NCBI GenBank assembly: GCA_977020255.1
Contig: CDROCS010003797.1
Span: forward strand, 124,001 to 188,000
Direction: 5' to 3'
Source: Obrimoposthia wandeli
Taxonomy: Eukaryota
DNA: 64,000 nucleotides
This document shows, in pieces, positions 49,591-58,666 of this stretch. The notes under the pieces were generated by a model that saw only the letters and a list, made by a program, of their open reading frames with translations, ran no database searches and was not told where the DNA came from. The first letter of the stretch is position 1; every line of letters starts with the position of its first letter. Both the position numbers and the translations under genes were made by a program.

Positions 49591-51306
49591 TTACCCTGTA
49601 ACATCAACAGTTTCAACCAAGCGCAGTACTTCTTCAACACTTGTTATACCAAGCTTAGCATAATCGAAAGCCGCTTGAGCCAAAGGTCTAAATTCAGGAT
49701 GTAGCTTAGCTGCTTGGCTAAACGCTTCGGTGTCTTCACGCTTTAAAGCTGCCATCATAGCTTCATTCATCTCTAAGAGTTCAAACACACCTATACGCCC
49801 TTTATAGCCTGTATAATGACATGTTTGACAGCCTCGACCGTGACTAAATGTAACGTCACTAATATCTTCATTAACTAAATTCGATAACCACATAACTTCT
49901 TGTTGTTCCGGCTGATAAGTTTGTCGGCAATTTTCACAGATTTTACGTACTAAGCGCTGAGCAATAATAGCGCGGAGCGAACTACCCACAAGAAAGCCTG
50001 CGGCTCCCATATCTAGAAGACGTAAAGCACTAGTGATAGCATCGTTAGTATGTAATGTTGATAACACTAAATGCCCCGTTAGTGCGCCTCGTAAACCAAT
50101 TTCCACGGTTTCTTGGTCACGCATCTCACCCACCATTAAAATATCAGGATCTTGACGAAGTGCGGTGCGTAACACGCTTGAAAAAGTCAGGCTGATTTTA
50201 CTATTAACTTGAACTTGGTTAATCCGAGGTAAGCGATACTCAACGGGGTCTTCAACCGTAATAATTTTTTTACTCGCCTTATTTAGCTCACTTAAGGCCG
50301 CGTACAATGTTGTTGTTTTACCACTACCGGTAGGACCCGTAACTAGTACCATGCCATGTGGTCGTGATATTTGATGACGAATGCGTTTAACAAAATGCTC
50401 TGGCATACCTGTTTCATCTAACGACAATAAGCCCGCCGATTGATCAAGTAATCGCATAACCACCGATTCACCATGCTGTATCGGCATTGTCGACATACGC
50501 ACATCGATACTATGACCTTTGATCTGTAAATTGAACCGACCATCTTGAGGTAGGCGCTTTTCAGATATATCTAATCCTGCCATCAGTTTTAAGCGTAGTA
50601 CCATTGCTGAGGCTATTTTATTCTCTTTTAAAATACTTTCTTGTAATACGCCATCAATTCGTTGGCGAATACGCAATGAGTTTTCATCTGGTTCTATATG
50701 CACATCAGAGGCACGCATTTGCACCGCATCTTCAAAAACTGACTGCAATAATTTACCAACTGTTGCATCTCCACCTTCTTCGAGAAACGTATTTGACAGA
50801 TCAAAGTCATTCCCTTGATCGTATTCCTCTTCAAGTTGACTAGCAAACGACTCTATATCAGCCGTTCGTCGATATAAGCTATCAAAAGCATCGAATAGCT
50901 GTGACTCCATAACAACAGCAAGCTTCAAGCGCTTAGGCGCTAGCATAGATTCAAGTTGATCAAGCGCACTTAAATCGGCAGGATCACTCATCCCTAATAA
51001 TACCGCATCGCCTTGATCTTCAATGATCAATGCCCTTAAGCGTCTGGCGTGGACTTCAGGCAACAACAACGCCACAGCGGATGGAATTCTTCGTTGGCTA
51101 ATATCTAAAAAGGGCACATCAAGTTGTTGCGCTAGAAACTCAAGTAGCTGCCTCTCGCCAATATGACCTAATTCAATTAACGCATCACCAAGTTTCCTGC
51201 CCGTAGACTTCTGGCTATTCAACGCCTGCATCAGCTGTTCATTACTAATAATGTGCTCATGAACGAGCAAGTCGCCCAAACGCATTTTTAATTTAGGTGC
51301 TGCCAT
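49591..51306 (-). CDS. mshE: MSHA extension ATPase MshE with MshEN c-di-GMP-binding N-terminus
   Basis: RLGDLLV...QALNSQ and RKLGDALIELG...FLAQQ; Walker A GPTGSGKT, TVEDPVE, RQDPDILMVGE, STLHTN, CxxC pairs. Confidence 0.96.
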   Translation of the reverse strand: MAAPKLKMRLGDLLVHEHIISNEQLMQALNSQKSTGRKLGDALIELGHIGERQLLEFLAQQLDVPFLDISQRRIPSAVALLLPEVHARRLRALIIEDQGDAVLLGMSDPADLSALDQLESMLAPKRLKLAVVMESQLFDAFDSLYRRTADIESFASQLEEEYDQGNDFDLSNTFLEEGGDATVGKLLQSVFEDAVQMRASDVHIEPDENSLRIRQRIDGVLQESILKENKIASAMVLRLKLMAGLDISEKRLPQDGRFNLQIKGHSIDVRMSTMPIQHGESVVMRLLDQSAGLLSLDETGMPEHFVKRIRHQISRPHGMVLVTGPTGSGKTTTLYAALSELNKASKKIITVEDPVEYRLPRINQVQVNSKISLTFSSVLRTALRQDPDILMVGEMRDQETVEIGLRGALTGHLVLSTLHTNDAITSALRLLDMGAAGFLVGSSLRAIIAQRLVRKICENCRQTYQPEQQEVMWLSNLVNEDISDVTFSHGRGCQTCHYTGYKGRIGVFELLEMNEAMMAALKREDTEAFSQAAKLHPEFRPLAQAAFDYAKLGITSVEEVLRLVETVDVTG

Positions 51307-51307
51307 T

Positions 51308-52495
51308 TTATTCTCCTAGCTCTAACAAGCGTTGACGAGCAAACTGCATCGCGCTGCTAGATAAATTATTTCGCTTGATCGCTTGCAGGTAGGCATCTTT
51401 TGCTGCCGTAAAGTCACCAAGGCTATCTAATGAAATAGCTAAACCTAACCACCAACGACTGACCTTTGGCTCGAGTGCTATTAGGTTTTTATAAGCGCTA
51501 ATGGCATTATCGTGTTCGTTTAATTCTGTGGCTGTATTAGCCAGTAGCACCTGTACTTCTTTGCTAGAACTTCGCTTTAGCGGACTCAAAATATTATATG
51601 CTTGCCCGGCCTGCCCTTGTTCATAATAAATTCTAGCGCTCATTAAGCGCATTTCTTCTGCTTGGGGCGCTAATGCGATGCCTTGTGACAGTAAATTTAT
51701 CGCATTTTGGTAAGATTTTTTACCGTACCACAAAGCGGCTAATTGCTTGCGAGCAGTCTCATGCTCAGGGATTAATAACAGCACTTCTTCAAATAATGAT
51801 TCAGCCTTAATAATATCGTTGCGCTCAATGGCTTGTTCCGCTTCCGATATTTTATTTGCAGCCAACTCTTTTGATGACAGTTGTGTTCGTGAAATCGTTA
51901 ACTTTGGCTTAGCTTGTACTTTAGCGAGCACGGCTTCAGATTCAGCGCTATTTTTTTCAACCTCAAAAGCGCTAACAATAACCGCAGCAGAGCCTTCTAC
52001 AATGTTTGTATCTGTGGCTGGTGCAGTGGGCTGTTGTACAACAGTTAATTTATTTTCAGGTTCGTTGCCTGCAGAGGGCTCAATATCAATTGAGCCACTT
52101 TCAGAAGCACCGCCGTCCAAAGCATCACTTTCCACAGCAATGATTTTTTCTGTTGCTGCAATCGCTAAATTTTTTGGTACACCTGAAGATGATGCTTTAA
52201 TTAAGACATTTTTTATTGGCGCTTCTGCAACATCTGCCCCCGTCACTTCGACGGTCTTAACTTGTTGAGTTTGTGCTCTTAACAGCTGGTTTTCACTATA
52301 AAGTTGCCAAGCAAGTATACCCACTACATTGAATGTAATAATGACGATAGCCAGCAGTATCCATTTGCCCACGGAGCTTGTTTTCGATACCGGCAACACA
52401 AGGTGGTTTGTATCCCCTTGCTCACTTTGGCGTTTGTCTAAGTCTTTTAGCATTTGATTAATAACGCTCATATTGGCATCCCAGTAACATTCCAT
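51308..52495 (-). CDS. mshN: TPR protein MshN (start may be MSVINQML)
   Basis: MSVINQMLKDLDKR, TM, long linker, TPR repeats ending WWLGLAISLD...FARQRL. Confidence 0.85.
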   Translation of the reverse strand: MECYWDANMSVINQMLKDLDKRQSEQGDTNHLVLPVSKTSSVGKWILLAIVIITFNVVGILAWQLYSENQLLRAQTQQVKTVEVTGADVAEAPIKNVLIKASSSGVPKNLAIAATEKIIAVESDALDGGASESGSIDIEPSAGNEPENKLTVVQQPTAPATDTNIVEGSAAVIVSAFEVEKNSAESEAVLAKVQAKPKLTISRTQLSSKELAANKISEAEQAIERNDIIKAESLFEEVLLLIPEHETARKQLAALWYGKKSYQNAINLLSQGIALAPQAEEMRLMSARIYYEQGQAGQAYNILSPLKRSSSKEVQVLLANTATELNEHDNAISAYKNLIALEPKVSRWWLGLAISLDSLGDFTAAKDAYLQAIKRNNLSSSAMQFARQRLLELGE

Positions 52496-53376
52496 GAATA
52501 ATATAAGCTAACAGCAACAGTAATGACTAAAAAACCAAGTAACAACAGTTTTTTCGGTGCCTTGCTTTGCATGCCTTCAGTATCTTTTATCGCCAATGCT
52601 AAGTGCTTAGTCGTCAATTTATATTGTCCTTCACCATAACCGAGCATCAGCATTTTATGGCAAATAATATTAACAAGCCTTGGAATACCTGAGCTGACTT
52701 TCGCTATTTTCTTAGCAATAGCACGACTAAACAAATTGACTCCTTTATAGCCTGCCACTTGCAAGCGATGCTGAATATAGTGTTCAACTTCTAATGTGGT
52801 CATTGCGCGTAATTTATAAGAAAACGTAATACGCTGTTTTAATTGTCGAAAAGATTTTTCGGCTAATCGTTCATCCAATTCCGGTTGAGCAAATAAAACT
52901 ACTTGCAGCAATTTTCGGGTTTCGGTTTCAATATTGGTAAATAATCGCAGTGCCTCGAGGCTTTCCGCAGGTAAGGCCTGTGCTTCGTCGAGAATAAGTA
53001 CGACCGAATGGCCTTGGCTATGCAGCTCGAGCAATCTTTGCTGAATACGCTCAGTGAGCAACTGCACCGACATACGTTGAGCTTGTTTAACTCCAAGCTC
53101 AACCGCTACCGCTCGCCGTAGTTCATCGGGCTTTAAATAAGGGTTGGGAATATACGCTGTGACAAAATGCGTGGGGATTTCATTTAGCAGCTTACGACAC
53201 AGCAGAGTTTTACCTGTGCCGACTTCACCCACAACTTTAATGAAACCTTCACCGGTTTTTAACGCCGTGAGCAAAACCGCTAGTGCTTCATCGTGAGGCT
53301 CTAAGCCCAAATAAAAACTTGTATTTGGGGTTAACGTAAACGGTAATTCTCTGAGCCCAAAGTGGTACAAATACAT
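52468..53376 (-). CDS. mshM: ExeA-family ATPase MshM
   Basis: MYLYHFGLRELPF, GEVGTGKT, LILDEAQ, QPEL, GIPRLVNIIC. Confidence 0.92.
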   Translation of the reverse strand: MYLYHFGLRELPFTLTPNTSFYLGLEPHDEALAVLLTALKTGEGFIKVVGEVGTGKTLLCRKLLNEIPTHFVTAYIPNPYLKPDELRRAVAVELGVKQAQRMSVQLLTERIQQRLLELHSQGHSVVLILDEAQALPAESLEALRLFTNIETETRKLLQVVLFAQPELDERLAEKSFRQLKQRITFSYKLRAMTTLEVEHYIQHRLQVAGYKGVNLFSRAIAKKIAKVSSGIPRLVNIICHKMLMLGYGEGQYKLTTKHLALAIKDTEGMQSKAPKKLLLLGFLVITVAVSLYYSWNVTGMPI

Positions 53377-53387
53377 AATACGCTAAC

Positions 53388-55088
53388 TTAATGACTAGCA
53401 GCGTTTGCGTCTGCATCTTCTGGAAACCATTGTTTTAATAAAGCGCGGGCATCTTGTAATTGATTTTTCCAAGTGTCTTGACCAATCACAATAGGCTTAA
53501 GTAAGATCACCAGCTCTTTCTTTTGTACGGATTCACTTTTGCTTTTAAAGAGTTCACCCATCAGCGGGATATCACCTAAGAAAGGGGTTTTAGATTCAAG
53601 ATTAACTTTACGAGTTTCAATTAAACCACCAATAACCACAATTTCGCCAGACTTAGCTCTAATAATAGTGTCTGACTCACGGACGCTACTTTGCGCTAAA
53701 GGTAAGATAATATCCTCATTACTTAAACGGATAGTTTTTGTTTGCTCATCGGTAATGGTCACTGAAGGATGAATATGTAAAATCACTTCACCGTCGGCAT
53801 CTATCTGCGGCGTAACATCGAGTGCAATACCTGAAAAGAAAGGCGTTAAATTAATCGTGGGCGTTGTAGTTGTTGAAGTGCCTGTGGTTGTGGTACTAGA
53901 AACTTCAGTCACAAAATACTCGTCTTCGCCGACTTTAATAATGGCTTTCTGATTATTAGTAGCTGTTATTCTTGGACTAGAAAGTACTTGCACATTTCCT
54001 TGTGTAGATAATAAATCAATCACGCCACTAAAGTCTTTATTTAAAAAACTTAAGCTTGTTGTACCACCAATGGCAGAAGAAATAGTACTACCAACAATAC
54101 TGCCTTTGGTTGAAAAACCGATATCTGTACTTTCAATATGACCTAGCACTTTATCCCACTTGACCCCTTGCTGATAATCATCATTTAACGTTACTTCCAT
54201 GATTTTAGCTTCGATAATCACCTGACGACGCAAGTGCTCTTGAGTGCTGGCAATAAAGCGTTTAACGGCAGTAATTTCTGAAGGTAGAGCTCGAATAGTC
54301 ACTAAGCCCGCTTGCGGTGAAACGATAACTGAGCGACCACCTTCCATGCCCACTAACGCGGTTAATGTTTCTTTTAGTTCAGTCCAAAAGTCAGATTCGT
54401 TTTCGGTATAAACATTAACACCACTGCTGCTACCACCCTGATTACTGTCGCCGTTGGAGCTATTACTATTATCACCACTATTACTGCTGCTACCGCTACT
54501 GCCATTTGAATTGTTACTGTTGGGATCATTTTCTGAAACACCACCGGAATTGATACTGGTACTAGAAACTCCTCGACGCTTAACATACAAATAATTTAGT
54601 GGGATAGTTTCAGTACGAATACCTGCTGGATACACCTGAATAATACGACCTTCACGACGAATATCATAACCATAAAGTGATTCAATCACTTCAAGTGCTT
54701 CATCAAGCGTAACATCTTTCAAATTCAGCGTGATTGTACCGCTAACATCCGGATGAACGGCAATACTGTAAGGTGAATCATCAACTATCGCTGCAAAAAA
54801 CTGATCGGCAGCGACACCACTAGCCGCTATTTCTAAGCGTTTTTCGGCTAGGAGGCCGTGACGCGCTTGCTGAATTTCTTGCTGCATAAGCTCTTGACGA
54901 ACGGAGTTAGGTAACGCTTGCAGCGGTTTAGGCGCTGCTGGCTGGCTAGATTGGGCAATGGCATTGTCTAATGCTTGAGTTATCTCAGTGGGTGGTTTTG
55001 GTGCCGACTGACAGCCGGCAAGCACTAATACTGTGCTACAGCAAAGTAATTGAATTTGGTGTTTTTTATTTTTAATTGTTTTTTTCAT
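53388..55088 (-). CDS. mshL: MSHA secretin MshL
   Basis: Lipobox LAGC, Ser/Asn-rich N2 insert, RQVIIEAKI, LSSPR, PFFSGIALDVTPQI, PFLGDIP. Confidence 0.94.
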   Translation of the reverse strand: MKKTIKNKKHQIQLLCCSTVLVLAGCQSAPKPPTEITQALDNAIAQSSQPAAPKPLQALPNSVRQELMQQEIQQARHGLLAEKRLEIAASGVAADQFFAAIVDDSPYSIAVHPDVSGTITLNLKDVTLDEALEVIESLYGYDIRREGRIIQVYPAGIRTETIPLNYLYVKRRGVSSTSINSGGVSENDPNSNNSNGSSGSSSNSGDNSNSSNGDSNQGGSSSGVNVYTENESDFWTELKETLTALVGMEGGRSVIVSPQAGLVTIRALPSEITAVKRFIASTQEHLRRQVIIEAKIMEVTLNDDYQQGVKWDKVLGHIESTDIGFSTKGSIVGSTISSAIGGTTSLSFLNKDFSGVIDLLSTQGNVQVLSSPRITATNNQKAIIKVGEDEYFVTEVSSTTTTGTSTTTTPTINLTPFFSGIALDVTPQIDADGEVILHIHPSVTITDEQTKTIRLSNEDIILPLAQSSVRESDTIIRAKSGEIVVIGGLIETRKVNLESKTPFLGDIPLMGELFKSKSESVQKKELVILLKPIVIGQDTWKNQLQDARALLKQWFPEDADANAASH

Positions 55089-55405
55089 TTTGAGTTCGCT
55101 ATAACACCGGAAAATAATGACAATTCCATTTTACCTTGTGATGAACTAAGCACCACTCCTTTTGAGTTAATCTCAATTAACTCAAAACCTTTATGTTTAT
55201 CACCTACGTTAAGTACTTGGCCATCAATAATCGCTTTGCGTTTATTATCACGATGAATAATCGACTGCAAAATTAACGCTGAACGCTCCTTATTGCTATT
55301 TGTTGAAGCCAAAAAACCAAAAGGTTTGGTAGGATCTACTTGTTGACTGTTTGCGTATGATGATAAACATAACAGTAATAAAACGAGCGCAATTTTATAC
55401 ACCAA
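55085..55405 (-). CDS. mshK: MshK
   Basis: DPTKP, LILQSI, AIIDGQ; position. Confidence 0.82.
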   Translation of the reverse strand: MVYKIALVLLLLCLSSYANSQQVDPTKPFGFLASTNSNKERSALILQSIIHRDNKRKAIIDGQVLNVGDKHKGFELIEINSKGVVLSSSQGKMELSLFSGVIANSK

Positions 55406-56138
55406 TAAACTCCTCTGACGTACTTAAACTATAAATTTCTACTTCTAATTCACTATCAGGATACGTCTTTAATTGGTAATCAAATTCTTGCCAGAAAAAC
55501 TTCCAAGATAAACTCTCTAATTGCATTAAATAGTCTCTTAGCTGAAAGTATTGTCCTTGCAACTTAATTTTAATGCCATGGCGATATAAGTGTAATTGCT
55601 GACGGCTATCTAATGCCGCATCTACTCGTTCAGTCGATTTTTCACCCTCATTCTCAGGTGTAGTTATTTCATTTTTCGCAACGCTACTTGCGGGTAGCAC
55701 TTCAAATGACAGTAACTTAACCCCTTGCTGTAACTTTAATAGCTTGATCAAAGCATAACGCATTTGTATAGGGTTAATTAAATCTGAGGTGAGCGCTAAT
55801 AATTTTTCGTCTACTTCGCCTAATTTTTCTTGATATTGCACCAATTCTCGTCTCAAGCCCACATTAGGATCTTCTAGCATAGCCTGCTCTAATAACTGAA
55901 TGGAGTTTCGACTATTTTCATTACTTCTTTGAGTTTGTGAAATTTGCTCATTCAATTGCTCAATACGCTGTAATGGTGCATCTAAAAATAAGCTATATAG
56001 GATGAAGACAATAGCAACTAAGCCGGCAGCGATAATTAAATATTGTTCACGAGTAGTGATGTTATTAAATTTTTCATTGTAAACAAGCCATTGAGCCATA
56101 AACCTATTCTCCTTGCCTGGCTGAAGAGCTAACGACAA
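55395..56138 (-). CDS. mshJ: MshJ (PilO/GspM-like)
   Basis: ITTREQYLI, LYRHGIKIKLQGQYF, YSLSTSEEFIGV. Confidence 0.87.
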   Translation of the reverse strand: MSLALQPGKENRFMAQWLVYNEKFNNITTREQYLIIAAGLVAIVFILYSLFLDAPLQRIEQLNEQISQTQRSNENSRNSIQLLEQAMLEDPNVGLRRELVQYQEKLGEVDEKLLALTSDLINPIQMRYALIKLLKLQQGVKLLSFEVLPASSVAKNEITTPENEGEKSTERVDAALDSRQQLHLYRHGIKIKLQGQYFQLRDYLMQLESLSWKFFWQEFDYQLKTYPDSELEVEIYSLSTSEEFIGV

Positions 56139-56700
56139 ACTCGATAATTTGATCTTTATTTTCCATTAAAGAAAAATTAACAAAGCCTTCACCCGAAAGA
56201 AAAGTTGAAGATTCAAAGCCGGAAAGCCAACTCGGTACAGCATCTGGTGTGCGTGCAATACCAGAAAAGGTCATATTGCCATTACCAAGAGTAACACGCT
56301 GTAAACTTATATTTTGATTATGCAAAGATGCTAGCTCCGTCATCGCACTAGAAAACCCAGCACTATAAGTTTGAGTAGGATCAGTTAATTGCACATGTAA
56401 GCCTTGTTTATTGGCAATCAATAATTTAACAGTATTAAGCTGCTCGAGCAGTGCCGCATCTTTGCGATTACTACTAATAGCAGACTCTAAATCTTTTAAC
56501 TGCAAGTCCTGAATATTTTTAAGTGAGTCTATAGCTTGATATTGAGCGGTTAAGCTGCTGACTTGTATTTTAGCAATCAATAACAACGCTAGCATCACTA
56601 GTAATGCCACCAACCATAAACCGACCACACGATTTAACGTCCATAAAGCTTTTGCGGGCAGTAAACCAGTCTGCAATAAATTAATTGAATATTTAGCCAT
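56104..56700 (-). CDS. PilN-like MSHA alignment protein (second MshI subunit)
   Basis: INLLQ start, TM, SGIARTPDAVPSWL. Confidence 0.8.
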   Translation of the reverse strand: MAKYSINLLQTGLLPAKALWTLNRVVGLWLVALLVMLALLLIAKIQVSSLTAQYQAIDSLKNIQDLQLKDLESAISSNRKDAALLEQLNTVKLLIANKQGLHVQLTDPTQTYSAGFSSAMTELASLHNQNISLQRVTLGNGNMTFSGIARTPDAVPSWLSGFESSTFLSGEGFVNFSLMENKDQIIEFVVSSSARQGE

Positions 56701-56701
56701 G

Positions 56702-57601
56702 CTAATTTGGCTCCATAAAATTTAGCTGTGTTGCACCAATAGCTACAGCACTGCCTCTAAAGCTTTCCAACGTTACCGGCATAGCAAACAACTTCACTTC
56801 TACATTGGTATTTTCTGCTAATTTACGCGCTAAAAATGCTTCATGCTTCATTGGTATCAGTACTTCAATGACTTTGATAGGAGCTTGTTTTAATTGCCGC
56901 TCAAAGTAATCGGTAGAGCGCTGTATCTCTAGGCTTAAGGCATCTATGGTACCCAGACTTAATTCATCTTCACTTTTACCTGCAATTTGTGCAAAACCAC
57001 GTAATCGACGACTGAAAAATAGTTGTCCGTCTTTAACAATTAAAATATTTACTTCTTCATTAGGCTGCTGACAAACGAATAGCACAGCATCTTGCTGTAT
57101 AGGTAACAAACTCGCAAAAGCAAATTCTTCAGTAGTGATACATTTGATATTTAATTCGTCGTCAGTAAGGGTGGTAACAACTTCAACCAAGTCACTTTTA
57201 GCGACACAGACAACATTAATTTTTTCTTGTCCACCAGACAAAGTAGGGCCTTCAAAATAATCTAGCACCATGTTTTCAGGTGCGATACTCACTAAGTCTT
57301 TGATCTGCCACTTTAAGGCAGCATTTATTTCAAGCTCAGGTACATTAGGCTTATCAACTTGTACAATCTGAGAATATGTATTGGGTAAAACTAAATGGCA
57401 TTGCCCTGCCAATGATTTAGCGGTCAATAATTCTTTAAGGGCGTTAATTAACGCAAGGTTGCTATTTTCTATGGATTCACACTGGTGTTCATTTGATGTT
57501 TTTACAAAATAACTAATCGACTGCTGTCGTAAGGCGACACCAATTAAGTCATCAGATGTGGTTTTGGAGAAAATATTTTTGATACGTGTAATAATCGACA
57601 T
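56702..57601 (-). CDS. mshI: PilM-like MSHA protein MshI
   Basis: YSQIVQVDKP, ALKWQIKDL, LSLEIQRSTDYFERQL. Confidence 0.85.
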   Translation of the reverse strand: MSIITRIKNIFSKTTSDDLIGVALRQQSISYFVKTSNEHQCESIENSNLALINALKELLTAKSLAGQCHLVLPNTYSQIVQVDKPNVPELEINAALKWQIKDLVSIAPENMVLDYFEGPTLSGGQEKINVVCVAKSDLVEVVTTLTDDELNIKCITTEEFAFASLLPIQQDAVLFVCQQPNEEVNILIVKDGQLFFSRRLRGFAQIAGKSEDELSLGTIDALSLEIQRSTDYFERQLKQAPIKVIEVLIPMKHEAFLARKLAENTNVEVKLFAMPVTLESFRGSAVAIGATQLNFMEPN

Positions 57602-57655
57602 TGGGCTCTATTATTTTTTTAGCTAATTATTTTATTTGCTTGTCGCTATAAATTC

Positions 57656-57683
57656 ATTATCGCTGATTATCTTTTAGGCGCAA
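57656..57683 (-). promoter_or_regulatory. Candidate sigma70 promoter of the msh operon
   Basis: Minus strand TTGCGC-N16-GATAAT, about 55 bp upstream of mshI. Confidence 0.3.
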
Positions 57684-57721
57684 GTATTTTAATGAAATCA
57701 TTATTTTGAGTTACCAACCTT

Positions 57722-58666
57722 ATGTCCGCGTTATCCGTTTTACAGTCAATTGACCATGCCCTTTTTACTCAGCACAAAATATCTGTGCAGATCAAACGTG
57801 ATGATCAAATTGATAACATCATTTCTGGTAATAAATGGCGCAAGCTTAAATATAACTTAATACATGCAAAGGCCATCGGTGCTAAGGGCATTATTACTTT
57901 TGGTGGCTGTTTTTCAAATCATATTCACGCTTGTGCATTTGCCTGCCAACAGCAAAATGTTCCCGTTATAGGTATTATTCGCGGAGAAGCACAAAATCAA
58001 AATAATTATACGCTAGCTTGGGCAAAACATTGGGGGATGCAACTGTCGTTTGTTGACCGAAAGACTTACCGTATGCGCAATGATGAAGGTTATCTGCAGC
58101 AGTTACAGCAACAATACCCCGATTACCTGATTATTCCAGAAGGCGGCAGTAATGCGCTTGCCTTAACCGGTATGGCTGAAGTTATTGACGAATTAAATCA
58201 GCAGAGTCAATTTGATACGCTGTTAACACCGGTAGGTAGTGGCGGAACCTTTGCAGGATTGATATTAGGTGACAACAATCAACATAACTTACTGGGTATT
58301 TCAGTATTAAAACAAGATGGTTATTTAGTAGAGCAAGTCAATGACTTACTACCTGAGCACGCTAAAGCACATACGAATTGGCAAATTATGAATCAGTTTC
58401 ATGGTGGCGGCTACGCAAAATTTAGCCCAAAGGACGCCGAAAGAATACGTAGCTTTAGCCAAGCCGTTGGCATTAATTTTGAACCCGTTTATTCAGGAAA
58501 AATGCTGCTGGCGCTACTAGATTTAATCACTGCAGGCTATTTTCCTGCTGAACATCGCATTGTATTGCTGCACACTGGCGGCTTGCAAGGTCTAGCAGGT
58601 ATGTATCAGCGAGGTATACTTAACCCAGCTGAATGGCCTTCGCTACCTGCTCCACCGGCTCTGTGA
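57722..58666 (+). CDS. PLP-dependent D-cysteine desulfhydrase-like protein (ACC deaminase/DcyD family)
   Basis: KRDD, SGNKWRKL (PLP Lys), PEGGSN, GSGGT, EPVYSGK, HTGG. Confidence 0.88.
   Translation: MSALSVLQSIDHALFTQHKISVQIKRDDQIDNIISGNKWRKLKYNLIHAKAIGAKGIITFGGCFSNHIHACAFACQQQNVPVIGIIRGEAQNQNNYTLAWAKHWGMQLSFVDRKTYRMRNDEGYLQQLQQQYPDYLIIPEGGSNALALTGMAEVIDELNQQSQFDTLLTPVGSGGTFAGLILGDNNQHNLLGISVLKQDGYLVEQVNDLLPEHAKAHTNWQIMNQFHGGGYAKFSPKDAERIRSFSQAVGINFEPVYSGKMLLALLDLITAGYFPAEHRIVLLHTGGLQGLAGMYQRGILNPAEWPSLPAPPAL

Noticed and set aside
54400-54570. Ser/Asn/Gly-rich low-complexity tract in mshL
   Set aside because: A normal feature of the MshL-type secretin N-terminal region.
57722-58666. True ACC deaminase (acdS)
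   Set aside because: It has PVYSGK and HTGG; true ACC deaminases have Glu (PVYEGK) and Leu (HLGG) at these positions.
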